From Spirochaetia bacterium (GTDB lineage Bacteria > Spirochaetota > Spirochaetia > SZUA-6 > Bin103), in the NCBI GenBank assembly GCA_965203055.1, contig OZ241863.1, positions 1,536,001 to 1,600,000 of the forward strand: a stretch of 64,000 nt of DNA, given 5' to 3'. Made by a program: the position numbers and the translations under genes. The notes under the pieces were generated by a model. The model saw only the letters and a program-made list of their open reading frames with translations, had not been told where the DNA came from and did no database searches. This document shows positions 48,677-58,876 of the stretch, piece after piece; positions within the stretch are counted from its first letter, which is position 1, and each line of letters opens with the position of its first letter.

Positions 48677-48970
48677 ATGCCTCGGCGCCCGCAAGTAGAC
48701 AGAATATACATTATCGGAAGTCGTGTGAACGGAGAGGTCGCCTCACATCGCCAGTTCGCCGCCCGCCGCGGTCTGCCGTTTCCGCTGGTCAGCGACGCCG
48801 GAAACGCGGTGCGGCGGCGCTACGGCGCGGTCGCCGGGTTGCTGCCGACCGGACGGGTCACCTATCTGATAGATGAGGATGGCGTGGTACGCGATATCTT
48901 CTCGTCGCTGTTCCAGCCGCTGGAGCATGTCCGCCGCGCCCGCGCCTGGGCCGCCGCGGTCACTCGTTGA
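48677..48970 (+). pseudogene. C-terminal half of a BCP/PrxQ peroxiredoxin lacking the peroxidatic Cys region
   Basis: SHRQFAARRGLPFPLVSD..RVTYLIDEDGVVR; no Cys, and an in-frame stop lies upstream at 48632. Confidence 0.65.
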
Positions 48971-49229
48971 GACGCGCCAGGATCCAGATCAGCGCGATTG
49001 CGCAGAATCCCGCGGCAAACAGGTTGACGCTGTTGAAGCGCGCCAGCCGTTCGATCACCCCGGTGAGCAACTGATCCAGCACCCCGCCGAGCACGGCGCC
49101 GATCAGGCCGACGATGAGCGCCCCCCAGAAGTCGCCGGGCACGCGCCGCCGCAGGATGACGTGCCAGAAGACGGCTGCCGCCAGTCCGACGGTAAGGTAG
49201 GTCAGGCCAACGTCGAGGTACTGGAACAC
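48960..49229 (-). CDS. Small membrane protein (GlsB/YeaQ/YmgE-like)
   Basis: Three hydrophobic segments, including LIVGLIGAVLGG. Confidence 0.65.
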   Translation of the reverse strand: MFQYLDVGLTYLTVGLAAAVFWHVILRRRVPGDFWGALIVGLIGAVLGGVLDQLLTGVIERLARFNSVNLFAAGFCAIALIWILARLNE

Positions 49230-49237
49230 GCGCGCGG

Positions 49238-49894
49238 CTACGGAAACTCGACGTCGATCGAGCCCAGGTAGAGCGGCTCGCTGAACTGTTCCCGGCTGAC
49301 GTCGCGGCTGTAGGAGAGCACGTAGAGCTGCAGTTGGAACCGCCCCCCCGGGCAGCCGCCGGCAAGCGCCGGCGCCGCCGCCACGTCGGCGTGCCCCTTC
49401 TGAAACCGGTCGCAGGTGAATGGCTCATAGGTGCCGTCGCTGCCCACCACGCCGCGGCGCAGAACGATCCTGGGGCCTCCGTTCACGGCAGCATGCGGGC
49501 CGTTGACTTCGCCGATACCGGCGAAGTCAACGGTAACACGCGCCGCGCGCGTTACCTCGAGCAGCGGCCGGTCGGCCACGTCGATCGCATCCCGGTCGCC
49601 TTCCTTTGCCAGCCGCACGAACCGCCTGGCGCGTAGCTGAGCGCGGTCCCGGAGGTTGATATCGGTCTCGGGTCCTGGCGCGGAGAATCGGTAGTGGATC
49701 TCGTAGCCGAATGCCGCCGTCCCGCCCTCGGGTTTCGTACCGGAGAAGCTGAACCTGTCAGAAGCGTCGGAGGCGGAGGGGTCAGTTGGCTTCGGCGGCG
49801 GCACCGACGGGCCGTCGGGCAGGCCGCAGCCGGCGAGAGCGCCGGCCAGCAGCGCCGCGAGCAACAAGCCGGACCGCCCCCGGAAGTGCCCCAA
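49238..49894 (-). CDS. Hypothetical lipoprotein
   Basis: LLLAALLAGALAGC lipobox; co-oriented with the rpsA operon. Confidence 0.65.
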   Translation of the reverse strand: MGHFRGRSGLLLAALLAGALAGCGLPDGPSVPPPKPTDPSASDASDRFSFSGTKPEGGTAAFGYEIHYRFSAPGPETDINLRDRAQLRARRFVRLAKEGDRDAIDVADRPLLEVTRAARVTVDFAGIGEVNGPHAAVNGGPRIVLRRGVVGSDGTYEPFTCDRFQKGHADVAAAPALAGGCPGGRFQLQLYVLSYSRDVSREQFSEPLYLGSIDVEFP

Positions 49895-49900
49895 GCTCCC

Positions 49901-50602
49901 CTACTCTGCCGCCAGTTGGCCCTGGGTCTCCAATGTAATGAGGCGGTTGCGCGCCGCCGCGGCCCAGCGGCTGCCGCCATGCTCCCCGGTCAAGCGATCG
50001 TAGGTGGCTTCCGCGGCAGCATAATCGCCGCGCTGCTCAGCCATGCGGGCGAGCGAGAACAGGGCGCGCGGGACCAGCAGGGTGCCGCCCCACTGCTCCA
50101 CCACACGTTGCAGGTGCTCCTGCGCTGCCTCCGGTTGGCCCGCCTCCTCGCGTGCCACTGCGGCGTTGAAGATGCTCAGCGGCGCCAGATAGCTGTCCGG
50201 CCAGCGCGCGGCCACTTCCTGCCAGTCGGCCACCGCGGCATCCCATTGCTGCAGCTCGAACCGGTACCGGGCGCGCACGTACAATGCTCGCTGGGCGGCA
50301 TAGCGCCGCGGGAACTGCCGCAGGATCTGTTCCACGTCGTCCAGCAGCTCCTCGGCCAGGTTGGTCTTGCGGGTCCCCTCCGCCACCCCCTGCCAGGTCT
50401 CGTACCGTTCCTGCAGGCGTTCGGCGCGCAACGCCGAGCTCTCCTCCACCCGGCGTTCCCGTTCCGCCCAGGCCAGCCAGATGATCAGCGCCGCCAGCAC
50501 CACGCCGGCGGCCACCAGCAGCGCCACCCGGTAACGTTCGACGAACGCGGAAACTACGGCCGCCGGTCCCGGCGCGCCGCCGGAGGACAGGGCGCTACTC
50601 AT
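49901..50602 (-). CDS. Membrane-anchored TPR protein (YfgM-like)
   Basis: N-terminal transmembrane segment followed by TPR helices; directly after rpsA. Confidence 0.75.
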   Translation of the reverse strand: MSSALSSGGAPGPAAVVSAFVERYRVALLVAAGVVLAALIIWLAWAERERRVEESSALRAERLQERYETWQGVAEGTRKTNLAEELLDDVEQILRQFPRRYAAQRALYVRARYRFELQQWDAAVADWQEVAARWPDSYLAPLSIFNAAVAREEAGQPEAAQEHLQRVVEQWGGTLLVPRALFSLARMAEQRGDYAAAEATYDRLTGEHGGSRWAAAARNRLITLETQGQLAAE

Positions 50603-50614
50603 CGGCGTTACCCA

Positions 50615-52318
50615 TCAACCGGACGATCGGTCCTTCAGAAACTCACCCAGGGACACGCGGTCCGGCTGCTCGTCGTCGTGGATGTACTTCACCAGCTCCT
50701 GGCGCTCCTCGCGCCGCTGAAGCTCACGCAGTGACAAGGACAGGCGTTGCTTTTCGGCGCTTATCTCGGTGACCACCGCCTTGAGCTGGACGCCCGGCTC
50801 CAGTTCCTCGCGCGCCTTATCGATACTGCCGCCGCCCGAATCGGCGAGCTGGTTGTTGGCGATCAGCCCTTCGATGCCGCCCTGCACCCGGACGAACACC
50901 CCGAAGTCGGTCTTGCTGGTTACCTGTCCCTCGATGACGCTGCCACGCCGGAAGGCACGGGTCAGCGCTACCCACGGGTCGTCGGAGAGCTGCTTCAGGC
51001 CGAGCCGAATGCGCCGCGCCTTCTTGTCCAGATCCACTACCGCGACCTCGAGCTCCTGCTCGGTCTGGACGACCGACGCCGGATTGCGGACCTTCTTGGT
51101 CCACGACATGTCATCGACGTGCAACAAGCCGTCGATCCCCTCCTCCAATTGGACGAAGGCGCCGTAGCTGGTGATGTTGCGCACGATGCCCTTCACCACC
51201 TTGCCCGGCGGATAGCGCTCCTCGGCGCTGTCCCACGGGTTGGGCAGCACGTGCTTGAGCCCCAACGACAGTTTGCCGCGCTCCAGGTCGTAGCCGAGGA
51301 TCTTCACCTGCACCTCGTCGCCGTTGCCGAGGATCTCGCGCGGATGGCCGATCTTCTTGACCCACGACATGTCGGAGATGTGCAACAACCCCTCGATGCC
51401 CGGTTCGATTTCGATGAAGGCCCCGAAGTCCGTGATCTTGGTGACCTTGCCGGTCACCAGATCGTCGAGACCGTACCGCTCCTCGAACGTCGTCCACGGG
51501 TCAGGCGTAAAGTGCTTGAGGCTGAGATTGACCTTCTGCGAGTCGCGGTCGATGCGAATGACCTTGACGTTGACCTCTTCGCCGATGATCACCGCGTCCT
51601 TGGGCGAGGCGACGTGACCCCAGCGCATGTCATTGACGTGCAGCAGGCCGTCGAAGCCACCGAGGTCGACGAACGCCCCGAAGGAAGTGAAGGTCTTGAC
51701 GGTGCCGCGGTACACGTCGCCGATGGCCGCAGTCTCGTAGAACTGGTCGCGCTTCTTCTTGGCCTCGCGCTCCAGCCACGCCTTGCGGTTCAGGACGATG
51801 TTCACCTTGCCGCGGTTGTAGAGCTGTTCGACGAAGAAACGGGTGTCCAGTCCGATGTAGGCGTCTTCGTCGCGGACCCGCATCACGTCTACCTTGGAAA
51901 AGGGCACGAAGGCCCGCAGCGCAGCGCCGAGGTCGACCTCGTAGCCGCCCTTGATCTTGCGCGTGATGCGGCCGGTCACCGGCTCACCGGTCTCTCCCGA
52001 CTCCTTGAGGGAGCGCCAGACCACCTGCTCGTCGGCCTTGCGCTTGGACACCACCACCTCGCCGTGGCGGCCTTCCTTGCGCAGCAGGACCACGTTCACC
52101 TCGTCGTCCACGTGCGGCGGTTCGACGAACTCGTCAATCGGAATACGGCCTTCGGACTTGAGACCTACGTCGACGAACACGGTTTCGGGGCCAACCTCTA
52201 TCACCCGGCCGGTGATCAGTTGACCCTCTTCCACCCGGTCGAGCCGGGTGATGTATTGCTCTTGAAGCTGAGATTCAAAGGACTGGGGCTGAGACACGCC
52301 CGTTTCCGAGTCGCTCAT
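50615..52318 (-). CDS. rpsA: 30S ribosomal protein S1
   Basis: Six S1 domains (FGAFV..GIEGLLHISDMSW). Confidence 0.97.
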   Translation of the reverse strand: MSDSETGVSQPQSFESQLQEQYITRLDRVEEGQLITGRVIEVGPETVFVDVGLKSEGRIPIDEFVEPPHVDDEVNVVLLRKEGRHGEVVVSKRKADEQVVWRSLKESGETGEPVTGRITRKIKGGYEVDLGAALRAFVPFSKVDVMRVRDEDAYIGLDTRFFVEQLYNRGKVNIVLNRKAWLEREAKKKRDQFYETAAIGDVYRGTVKTFTSFGAFVDLGGFDGLLHVNDMRWGHVASPKDAVIIGEEVNVKVIRIDRDSQKVNLSLKHFTPDPWTTFEERYGLDDLVTGKVTKITDFGAFIEIEPGIEGLLHISDMSWVKKIGHPREILGNGDEVQVKILGYDLERGKLSLGLKHVLPNPWDSAEERYPPGKVVKGIVRNITSYGAFVQLEEGIDGLLHVDDMSWTKKVRNPASVVQTEQELEVAVVDLDKKARRIRLGLKQLSDDPWVALTRAFRRGSVIEGQVTSKTDFGVFVRVQGGIEGLIANNQLADSGGGSIDKAREELEPGVQLKAVVTEISAEKQRLSLSLRELQRREERQELVKYIHDDEQPDRVSLGEFLKDRSSG

Positions 52319-52331
52319 AGTGCGAACAGGA

Positions 52332-52988
52332 TTACTCCTGGAGGAAGTTGCTGGGGACAATGCGGCGCAGCTTGGCACAAACTTCAGCGACCGTCAAGCG
52401 CGAGGCGTCAATCCGTTGGGCGTCTCGCGCCGGGCGCAATGCCCCCACCGGTTTGCGCCGGTCGCGCCGGTCGCGTTCGGCCAGCGACGCGGCAACCTGC
52501 GCCACCGGCGGCACGCGGTCGGGGCGGCGCTGCCGGGCGCGCCGCGCCGCGCGAACCTCGGGCGCGGCATCGAGGAACACCTTCAACACGGCGTCGGGGA
52601 ACACCTCGGTGCCGATGTCGCGGCCTTCGACCACCCAGCGTTCGGTCCCTACCGTCGCCCGCAGGATCTGGTTGATCGCGTCACGCACGCCCGGAATGGC
52701 GGATACCTGCGCCACGCGGCGGTCGACCGCGGCGCTGTGCAGCGCCGCGGTGAGCTCGCGGCGGCCGGCGCGTACCGCGGCGCCGGACACCTCCCAGCGG
52801 ACCGACCGTACCATGGCGACCACCGACGCGACCGGGGCGCCCGCCCCCAGGCGGTCCAGCAGCAGGCGGGTCGCGGCGCGGTACAATGCGCCGGAACTGA
52901 GCCACCGCACGCCGAGCTGCCGCGCCAGGCAGGCCGCCACCGTGGTCTTGCCCGACCCTGACGGCCCGTCGATGGCGATCACCGGCAC
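52332..52988 (-). CDS. cmk: Cytidylate kinase
   Basis: IAIDGPSGSGKTT, SGALYRA, EGRDIGTEVFPDA, ERDRRD. Confidence 0.95.
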   Translation of the reverse strand: MPVIAIDGPSGSGKTTVAACLARQLGVRWLSSGALYRAATRLLLDRLGAGAPVASVVAMVRSVRWEVSGAAVRAGRRELTAALHSAAVDRRVAQVSAIPGVRDAINQILRATVGTERWVVEGRDIGTEVFPDAVLKVFLDAAPEVRAARRARQRRPDRVPPVAQVAASLAERDRRDRRKPVGALRPARDAQRIDASRLTVAEVCAKLRRIVPSNFLQE

Positions 52989-53758
52989 CGGCCGGTTCCA
53001 CCCAAGTGAGCGCTCACCGGGACCGGCTGCCGGTCCAGGAACCATGCCACCTCGCGCCCCGTCAACGGCCGCCACGCGCCGGGCGCCAGCCCGCGCAAGG
53101 TCACCGGCCCTACCCGTACCCGGGTGAGGCGCCGCACCTCCAGGCCGGCGTTGCCCAGTACGCGGCGGATCTCGCGATTGCGGCCCTCGGCCAGGATCAG
53201 CGCCACCCGCGTAGCGGGACACCGCCGGTAGCCGGCCAGCCGATAGGTGACGCCGGCGATGCGGCACCCCGCGCGATACTCCTCCAGCACCGAGAGCGGC
53301 ACGCGGCGGTCGGTGACCACGTCGTACTCCTTTTCCACTCCGAAGCGCGGGTGAGCGGCGCGCACCGCGAGTTGGCCGTCGTTGGTAAACAGGATCAGTC
53401 CCGCGGACGCCAGATCCAGCCGGCCGACGTGGAACAGGCGCCCCGCGGCCGGCGGCAGCAGGGCGCGCGCCAGCGGCCGCCGGCCCGGATCGTGGTTGGA
53501 GCACAGGTAGCCTGACGGCTTGTGCAATGCGAGATAGCGCGGCGTAACGGCAGCGGCGACCTCCCGGCCATCGACCATGACCCGATCGGCAGGCCCCACC
53601 CTGCTTCCCGGCGCGACCACCGGCTTGCCGTTCACCGTCACGCGGCCGGCGCCGATCAGGCGCTCGCCGGCGCGCCGCGAGGCCACTCCGGCGCGCGCCA
53701 GGAACACCTGCAGGCGCTCGCGCCGGCGGCTGCCGGCTGCCGCTGCGTCAGGAGTCAT
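52979..53758 (-). CDS. rluB: 23S rRNA pseudouridine synthase (RluB/RsuA family)
   Basis: S4 domain RLQVFLARAGVASRR, GRLD, EGRNREIRR; scpAB-rluB-cmk context. Confidence 0.9.
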   Translation of the reverse strand: MTPDAAAAGSRRRERLQVFLARAGVASRRAGERLIGAGRVTVNGKPVVAPGSRVGPADRVMVDGREVAAAVTPRYLALHKPSGYLCSNHDPGRRPLARALLPPAAGRLFHVGRLDLASAGLILFTNDGQLAVRAAHPRFGVEKEYDVVTDRRVPLSVLEEYRAGCRIAGVTYRLAGYRRCPATRVALILAEGRNREIRRVLGNAGLEVRRLTRVRVGPVTLRGLAPGAWRPLTGREVAWFLDRQPVPVSAHLGGTGRCR

Positions 53759-54341
53759 CGGCGGCCCTGAACCTGGCCTGGTCGGCATCGGTCAGCTTGG
53801 GCAGGTCGGCGATGGACGTCAGGCCGAAGACCCGCAGAAACTCCGCCGAGGTACCATATTGTATCGGCCGCCCCGGCACCGCCTTGCGCCCCACTTCACG
53901 TATCAGGTCCCGCTCGCCCAGGATGCGGATCATGGCATCCGGCGACACCCCGCGGATACTCTCGATTTCGCTGCGGGTCACCGGCTGCGAATAGGCGATG
54001 ATGGCCAGCGTCTCGAGCGCGGCGCGCGACATCCGGTCCTGTGACAGGCGCCCATAGTGAGGCTGCAGCGAGCGCCACAGATCAGGTTTCGGGACCAACG
54101 TATAGCCGCCGGCGACCTCCAGCACCTGTACGCCGTGATCGGCGCCGGCAAAGCGGCGCCGCACCTCGCCGACCGCGGCCCGCACCGCGGCCGCCGCCAG
54201 TCCCGTGAGCCGCGCCAACCGCGCTACGCTCTGCGGCTCCGGTTCCAGGAACAGAATCGCTTCCACGAGCCGGCTCTGCTGCGCTGCCGGGCCGGACGCG
54301 GCCCCTGCTCCGTCAGGGCCGGCGCTCCCCTCGTTGGTCAC
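53748..54341 (-). CDS. scpB: SMC-Scp complex subunit ScpB
   Basis: AALETLAIIAYSQPVTRSEIESIRGV, PGRPIQYGT..FL..FGL. Confidence 0.96.
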   Translation of the reverse strand: MTNEGSAGPDGAGAASGPAAQQSRLVEAILFLEPEPQSVARLARLTGLAAAAVRAAVGEVRRRFAGADHGVQVLEVAGGYTLVPKPDLWRSLQPHYGRLSQDRMSRAALETLAIIAYSQPVTRSEIESIRGVSPDAMIRILGERDLIREVGRKAVPGRPIQYGTSAEFLRVFGLTSIADLPKLTDADQARFRAADDS

Positions 54342-55207
54342 CCGCCCCCGCCCGCAGCCCCCGGCGGGCCGGAGGCATGACGCCCGCGGCGTACGGTGAT
54401 GGCCGCGAACGGACGGCGCTGAATCACGGCGACAGCCTGGGTCTTGGCCAGTTCGAGGATTGCCCAGAATGCGCAGATGAGCTCGCCGGCGGTACCTCCG
54501 CGTACCAGGTCCAGGAAGGAAAACGCCGCGCTCAGAGCCAGCCGCTCGTGCACCAGGGCGATCTTTTCCTTGACGGTAAACTCCTCGTACAGGCTGGTGA
54601 GGCGCTCCCCGCCGAGCGCCGCCGCGATCTCCTTGAACGCCGCCAGCAAGTCGTCCGGCGAGAGCCGCGCCTCGTCAGGCTCCCGGTTCACCATCGAATC
54701 CGGCAGCAGCCGCGCCTCGGAGCGGGTGATGATCCAGTGCGCCTGCCGTTGCCGCTCGGCCAGCGCCTCGCTCAGGCGCTTGAAGCGCTGATACTCGAGC
54801 AGTCGCTCTACCAGCTCGCGGCGCGGGTCTTCATACGGTTCCTCGGAGGCGTACGGCAGCGGCAGCAGCATACGCGACTTGACGTGCAGCAGGGTGGCGG
54901 CCATCACCTGGAAGCGGGTCAGCTCTTCGAGCCGGCGCGGCGCCGATTCGCCGCCATCCGCCGCGGCGGCTGCCAGGTAGTGCAGGTACTGGTCGGTGAT
55001 GGCGGCAATAGGAATGTCGTAGATGTTGACTTCGGCGCGCTGGATCAGTTGCAGCAGCAGGTCGAGCGGGCCTTCGAAGTCGTCCAGCCGGAAGCTGACC
55101 CGCGCGCCGGGCGGCGCCGCCGGCGCCGCGCCGCCCGGCGCCGGCGGGGCGGCGCCGCCGTTGACCTCGGCAGGCGGAGCTGCCGGTTCGGCTCCCTGGT
55201 CGGTCAT
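54338..55207 (-). CDS. scpA: Segregation and condensation protein ScpA
   Basis: FEGPLDLLLQLI, ITDQYL, KSRMLLP, FWAILEL. Confidence 0.95.
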   Translation of the reverse strand: MTDQGAEPAAPPAEVNGGAAPPAPGGAAPAAPPGARVSFRLDDFEGPLDLLLQLIQRAEVNIYDIPIAAITDQYLHYLAAAAADGGESAPRRLEELTRFQVMAATLLHVKSRMLLPLPYASEEPYEDPRRELVERLLEYQRFKRLSEALAERQRQAHWIITRSEARLLPDSMVNREPDEARLSPDDLLAAFKEIAAALGGERLTSLYEEFTVKEKIALVHERLALSAAFSFLDLVRGGTAGELICAFWAILELAKTQAVAVIQRRPFAAITVRRGRHASGPPGAAGGGG

Positions 55208-55241
55208 CCGGGCGTCAACCACTGCACGGCCGCCCGGGTTC

Positions 55242-56327
<1,086 letters not shown>

Positions 56328-56505
56328 TCATTACTCCCCCTGGGCTGTCACCGAGCCACTCATGCTGGTTGCGCGCGGTGGCAGCCGGACTGTGATGGTA
56401 TTGATAACGGTGCGTGGTGGCTGGCGCTTCAAAGCAGTGTCGGCTGCGGCGGGCCGCGACCGTCGAACTGCATGGTAAGCCAGCCTCGCTCCCGCGGTCA
56501 ATTGC

Positions 56506-56958
56506 TTAGAACGTGCGCGCGGAGTCGAGCAGAATCGTAACCGGACCGTCGTTGACCGCCGCCACCAGCATGTGAGCCTGAAATCTGCCGCCGCTCACGC
56601 GCAGCCCGCACCCCCGCAAGCGCACGATGAACTCCTCATAGAGGGCCTTGGCCAGGTCCGGCGCGGCGGCGCGGCTGAACGACGGCCGCCGTCCGCGCCG
56701 CGCATCGCCGTAGAGCGTGAACTGCGGCACCACCAGCACCTCACCGCCACACTCCAGTACCGAGCGGTTCATCCGCCCGGCGCTGTCGGGGAAGAGCCGC
56801 AGGCCGCTTACCTTGTCCACCAAGTAGCCCAGGCCCCCCTCGTCATCGCCGGCAGCCACGCCCAGGTATACCAGCAGCCCCGCGCCAATGCTGCGGCGAA
56901 ACTCCGCGGCCGCGACGCTCACCTCAGCGCGGCTGACGCGCTGCACCACGGCGCGCAT
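56506..56958 (-). CDS. dtd: D-aminoacyl-tRNA deacylase
   Basis: [18 protein letters not shown]. Confidence 0.96.
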   Translation of the reverse strand: MRAVVQRVSRAEVSVAAAEFRRSIGAGLLVYLGVAAGDDEGGLGYLVDKVSGLRLFPDSAGRMNRSVLECGGEVLVVPQFTLYGDARRGRRPSFSRAAAPDLAKALYEEFIVRLRGCGLRVSGGRFQAHMLVAAVNDGPVTILLDSARTF

Positions 56959-57671
56959 CAGCCGCCCTCGGCGGCGGCGAGAGACCGCAGCGCGGCCGCC
57001 GGGTCCGCGGCTCCGTAGAAGGCCGTCCCGACCACCATCACGTCGGCGCCGGCGCGCCGCGCCCGCGCCGCGGTCGCAGCGTTGATGCCGCCATCCACCT
57101 GAATCAGGAACGAGGCCGCGGCCGCCTGCCGCAAGGCCGCCACCTCACCGGCCTTGTCCAGACAGCGGGGAATGAGACCCTGGCCGCCGTACCCGGGATT
57201 CACCGTCATGACGAGCACCAGATCCAGGAGCTCGAGCACCTCGCCGATCATCGCCGCCGGCGTCGAGGGTACCAGCGCCAACCCGGCGCCGACTCCCGCC
57301 GCGCGGATCGCCTGCAAGGCGCGGTGAACGTGGACGCCGGCCTCCAGGTGGAACGTGATGAGGTCGGCGCCGGCGTCCGCAAACGCCGCCACGTGGCGCT
57401 CCGGGTGGCTCGTCATCAGGTGGACGTCGAGCAGCAACTCGGTGCGCCGGCGGAGGGCCGCCACCGTCTGCGCGCCGAAGGTGATGGGCGGGACGAACAC
57501 ACCATCCATCACGTCGAGGTGCAGCCACCGGGCCCCGGCCCGCGCCGCCAGAGCGGCGGCTCCGGCCAGATCGGCGCTGTCCGCCGCCAGAATCGAGGGC
57601 GCCACGACCGGGCGGCGCGGCAGGCGGGCCGGCGGCAGGAAGGGGCGCAGGCGCTGGGCGCGGCTCATCAC
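56958..57671 (-). CDS. rpe: Ribulose-phosphate 3-epimerase
   Basis: [28 protein letters not shown]. Confidence 0.96.
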   Translation of the reverse strand: MMSRAQRLRPFLPPARLPRRPVVAPSILAADSADLAGAAALAARAGARWLHLDVMDGVFVPPITFGAQTVAALRRRTELLLDVHLMTSHPERHVAAFADAGADLITFHLEAGVHVHRALQAIRAAGVGAGLALVPSTPAAMIGEVLELLDLVLVMTVNPGYGGQGLIPRCLDKAGEVAALRQAAAASFLIQVDGGINAATAARARRAGADVMVVGTAFYGAADPAAALRSLAAAEGG

Positions 57672-57817
57672 TTGAGGCCATCGTAGGAGGTCGCCGCCGC
57701 ATTGGACAACCGGCCCGGACCGGACCCGCGCGGCCGCCGCCTCATTTGATTGACCAGGCTCATTTGACCATCGCCGCCGGCACGGTGTAGGCTGCGGTCA
57801 TAAGCATACAACCCCAC

Positions 57818-58840
57818 ATGACCGATCGGCAGCTCACGTTCGACGAGAATGACATTGCGCACATGGTCAATGGCGCGTACGACAAGTTGCGGTCCGGGGA
57901 ATTTGGGGACGCCGCCAAGCTGTTGGAGCGCACCCTCGAACTCGACGTAGAGTATGAGGGCGTGGGCGCGGCGCTCAAGTGCGTGCGCTTCTGGGATGAA
58001 CGCCAACAGCGGCTGGATGAGATCGAAACGAGCGCCGACCGAGCCGGTTTTCTGCTGGACCAGTGGACTTCGTTCCGCGGCTTTGCGGCGCGCATTGAGG
58101 AGCTGCCGGAGCGATGCTACCAGGACATCAAGTACCACGTGCACGCCACTGCCGTCGCCTGCCTGCTGCAAACCTCAGCCCCGGATATTGCGCCGTCAGC
58201 CGCTGCGCAATACCTGCGACCGAGCGCTCAGACGCGCCGGCTGTTGCTCATCGGCCATTCCTTCAAGGCAATGGGCGACTTCGCCAACGCCATCCGCTGC
58301 CTGGAGCGCGCGCGGCGCCTGGAACGCGATTGGGCGCCGCTGTTGGCGGAGCTCGCCGACTGCTACTCATTGATCGACGAGACCCGCGCCGCCAAGATAT
58401 TCTTTCGCGAAGCCTTCTTTCTCGGCGCCGCGGACATACCGGTCGAGGATCTCGAGTCGCCGCTGATTCAAGATCTCTTGAATGCCGTGGAACGCGCCGG
58501 ATTGACCCGCGACGTACGCGACTGGGTGCCGGTTTACGGCACCCTCTTGGGAGTGTTCGGGGTAACGCGCGAGCTGACTGCGCTGGAGTACGGGAAGTTG
58601 CGGCAGTCGATCTTCGAACTGGAGCAGAGACTCGGTGTGAAGACCACGCCGGACCGGCTCGCGGCGGTGGCCGCCGCCCGGGACGACGCCGGTACCGCGC
58701 TGGTACCGCGGCTGCTCAACCGCTACTTCTGGTTGATCCAACACTATCTGGCGAACGATGAGGACAACGCCAAGGTGGAAGATATATTACGCCGTATCAA
58801 GGCACTCGACATGGACGTGTATCAACGCTACACTGGATGA
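57818..58840 (+). CDS. TPR-containing conserved protein (spirochaete greA-associated)
   Basis: TPR helices; LADCY..FFREAFF and PRLLNRYFWLI motifs; located immediately upstream of the long greA. Confidence 0.7.
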   Translation: MTDRQLTFDENDIAHMVNGAYDKLRSGEFGDAAKLLERTLELDVEYEGVGAALKCVRFWDERQQRLDEIETSADRAGFLLDQWTSFRGFAARIEELPERCYQDIKYHVHATAVACLLQTSAPDIAPSAAAQYLRPSAQTRRLLLIGHSFKAMGDFANAIRCLERARRLERDWAPLLAELADCYSLIDETRAAKIFFREAFFLGAADIPVEDLESPLIQDLLNAVERAGLTRDVRDWVPVYGTLLGVFGVTRELTALEYGKLRQSIFELEQRLGVKTTPDRLAAVAAARDDAGTALVPRLLNRYFWLIQHYLANDEDNAKVEDILRRIKALDMDVYQRYTG

Positions 58841-58876
58841 CGAACGGGTTCCAATACTAGAGAATCGGAGCAACAG

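Noticed and set aside
48620..48730. Selenocysteine read-through restoring the peroxiredoxin N-terminus
   Set aside because: The upstream in-frame stop is TAG (48632), there is no TxxU/C motif, and there is no room before the divergent gene.
56328..56505. LexA/SOS box upstream of recA
   Set aside because: No convincing palindrome or known LexA motif recognised.
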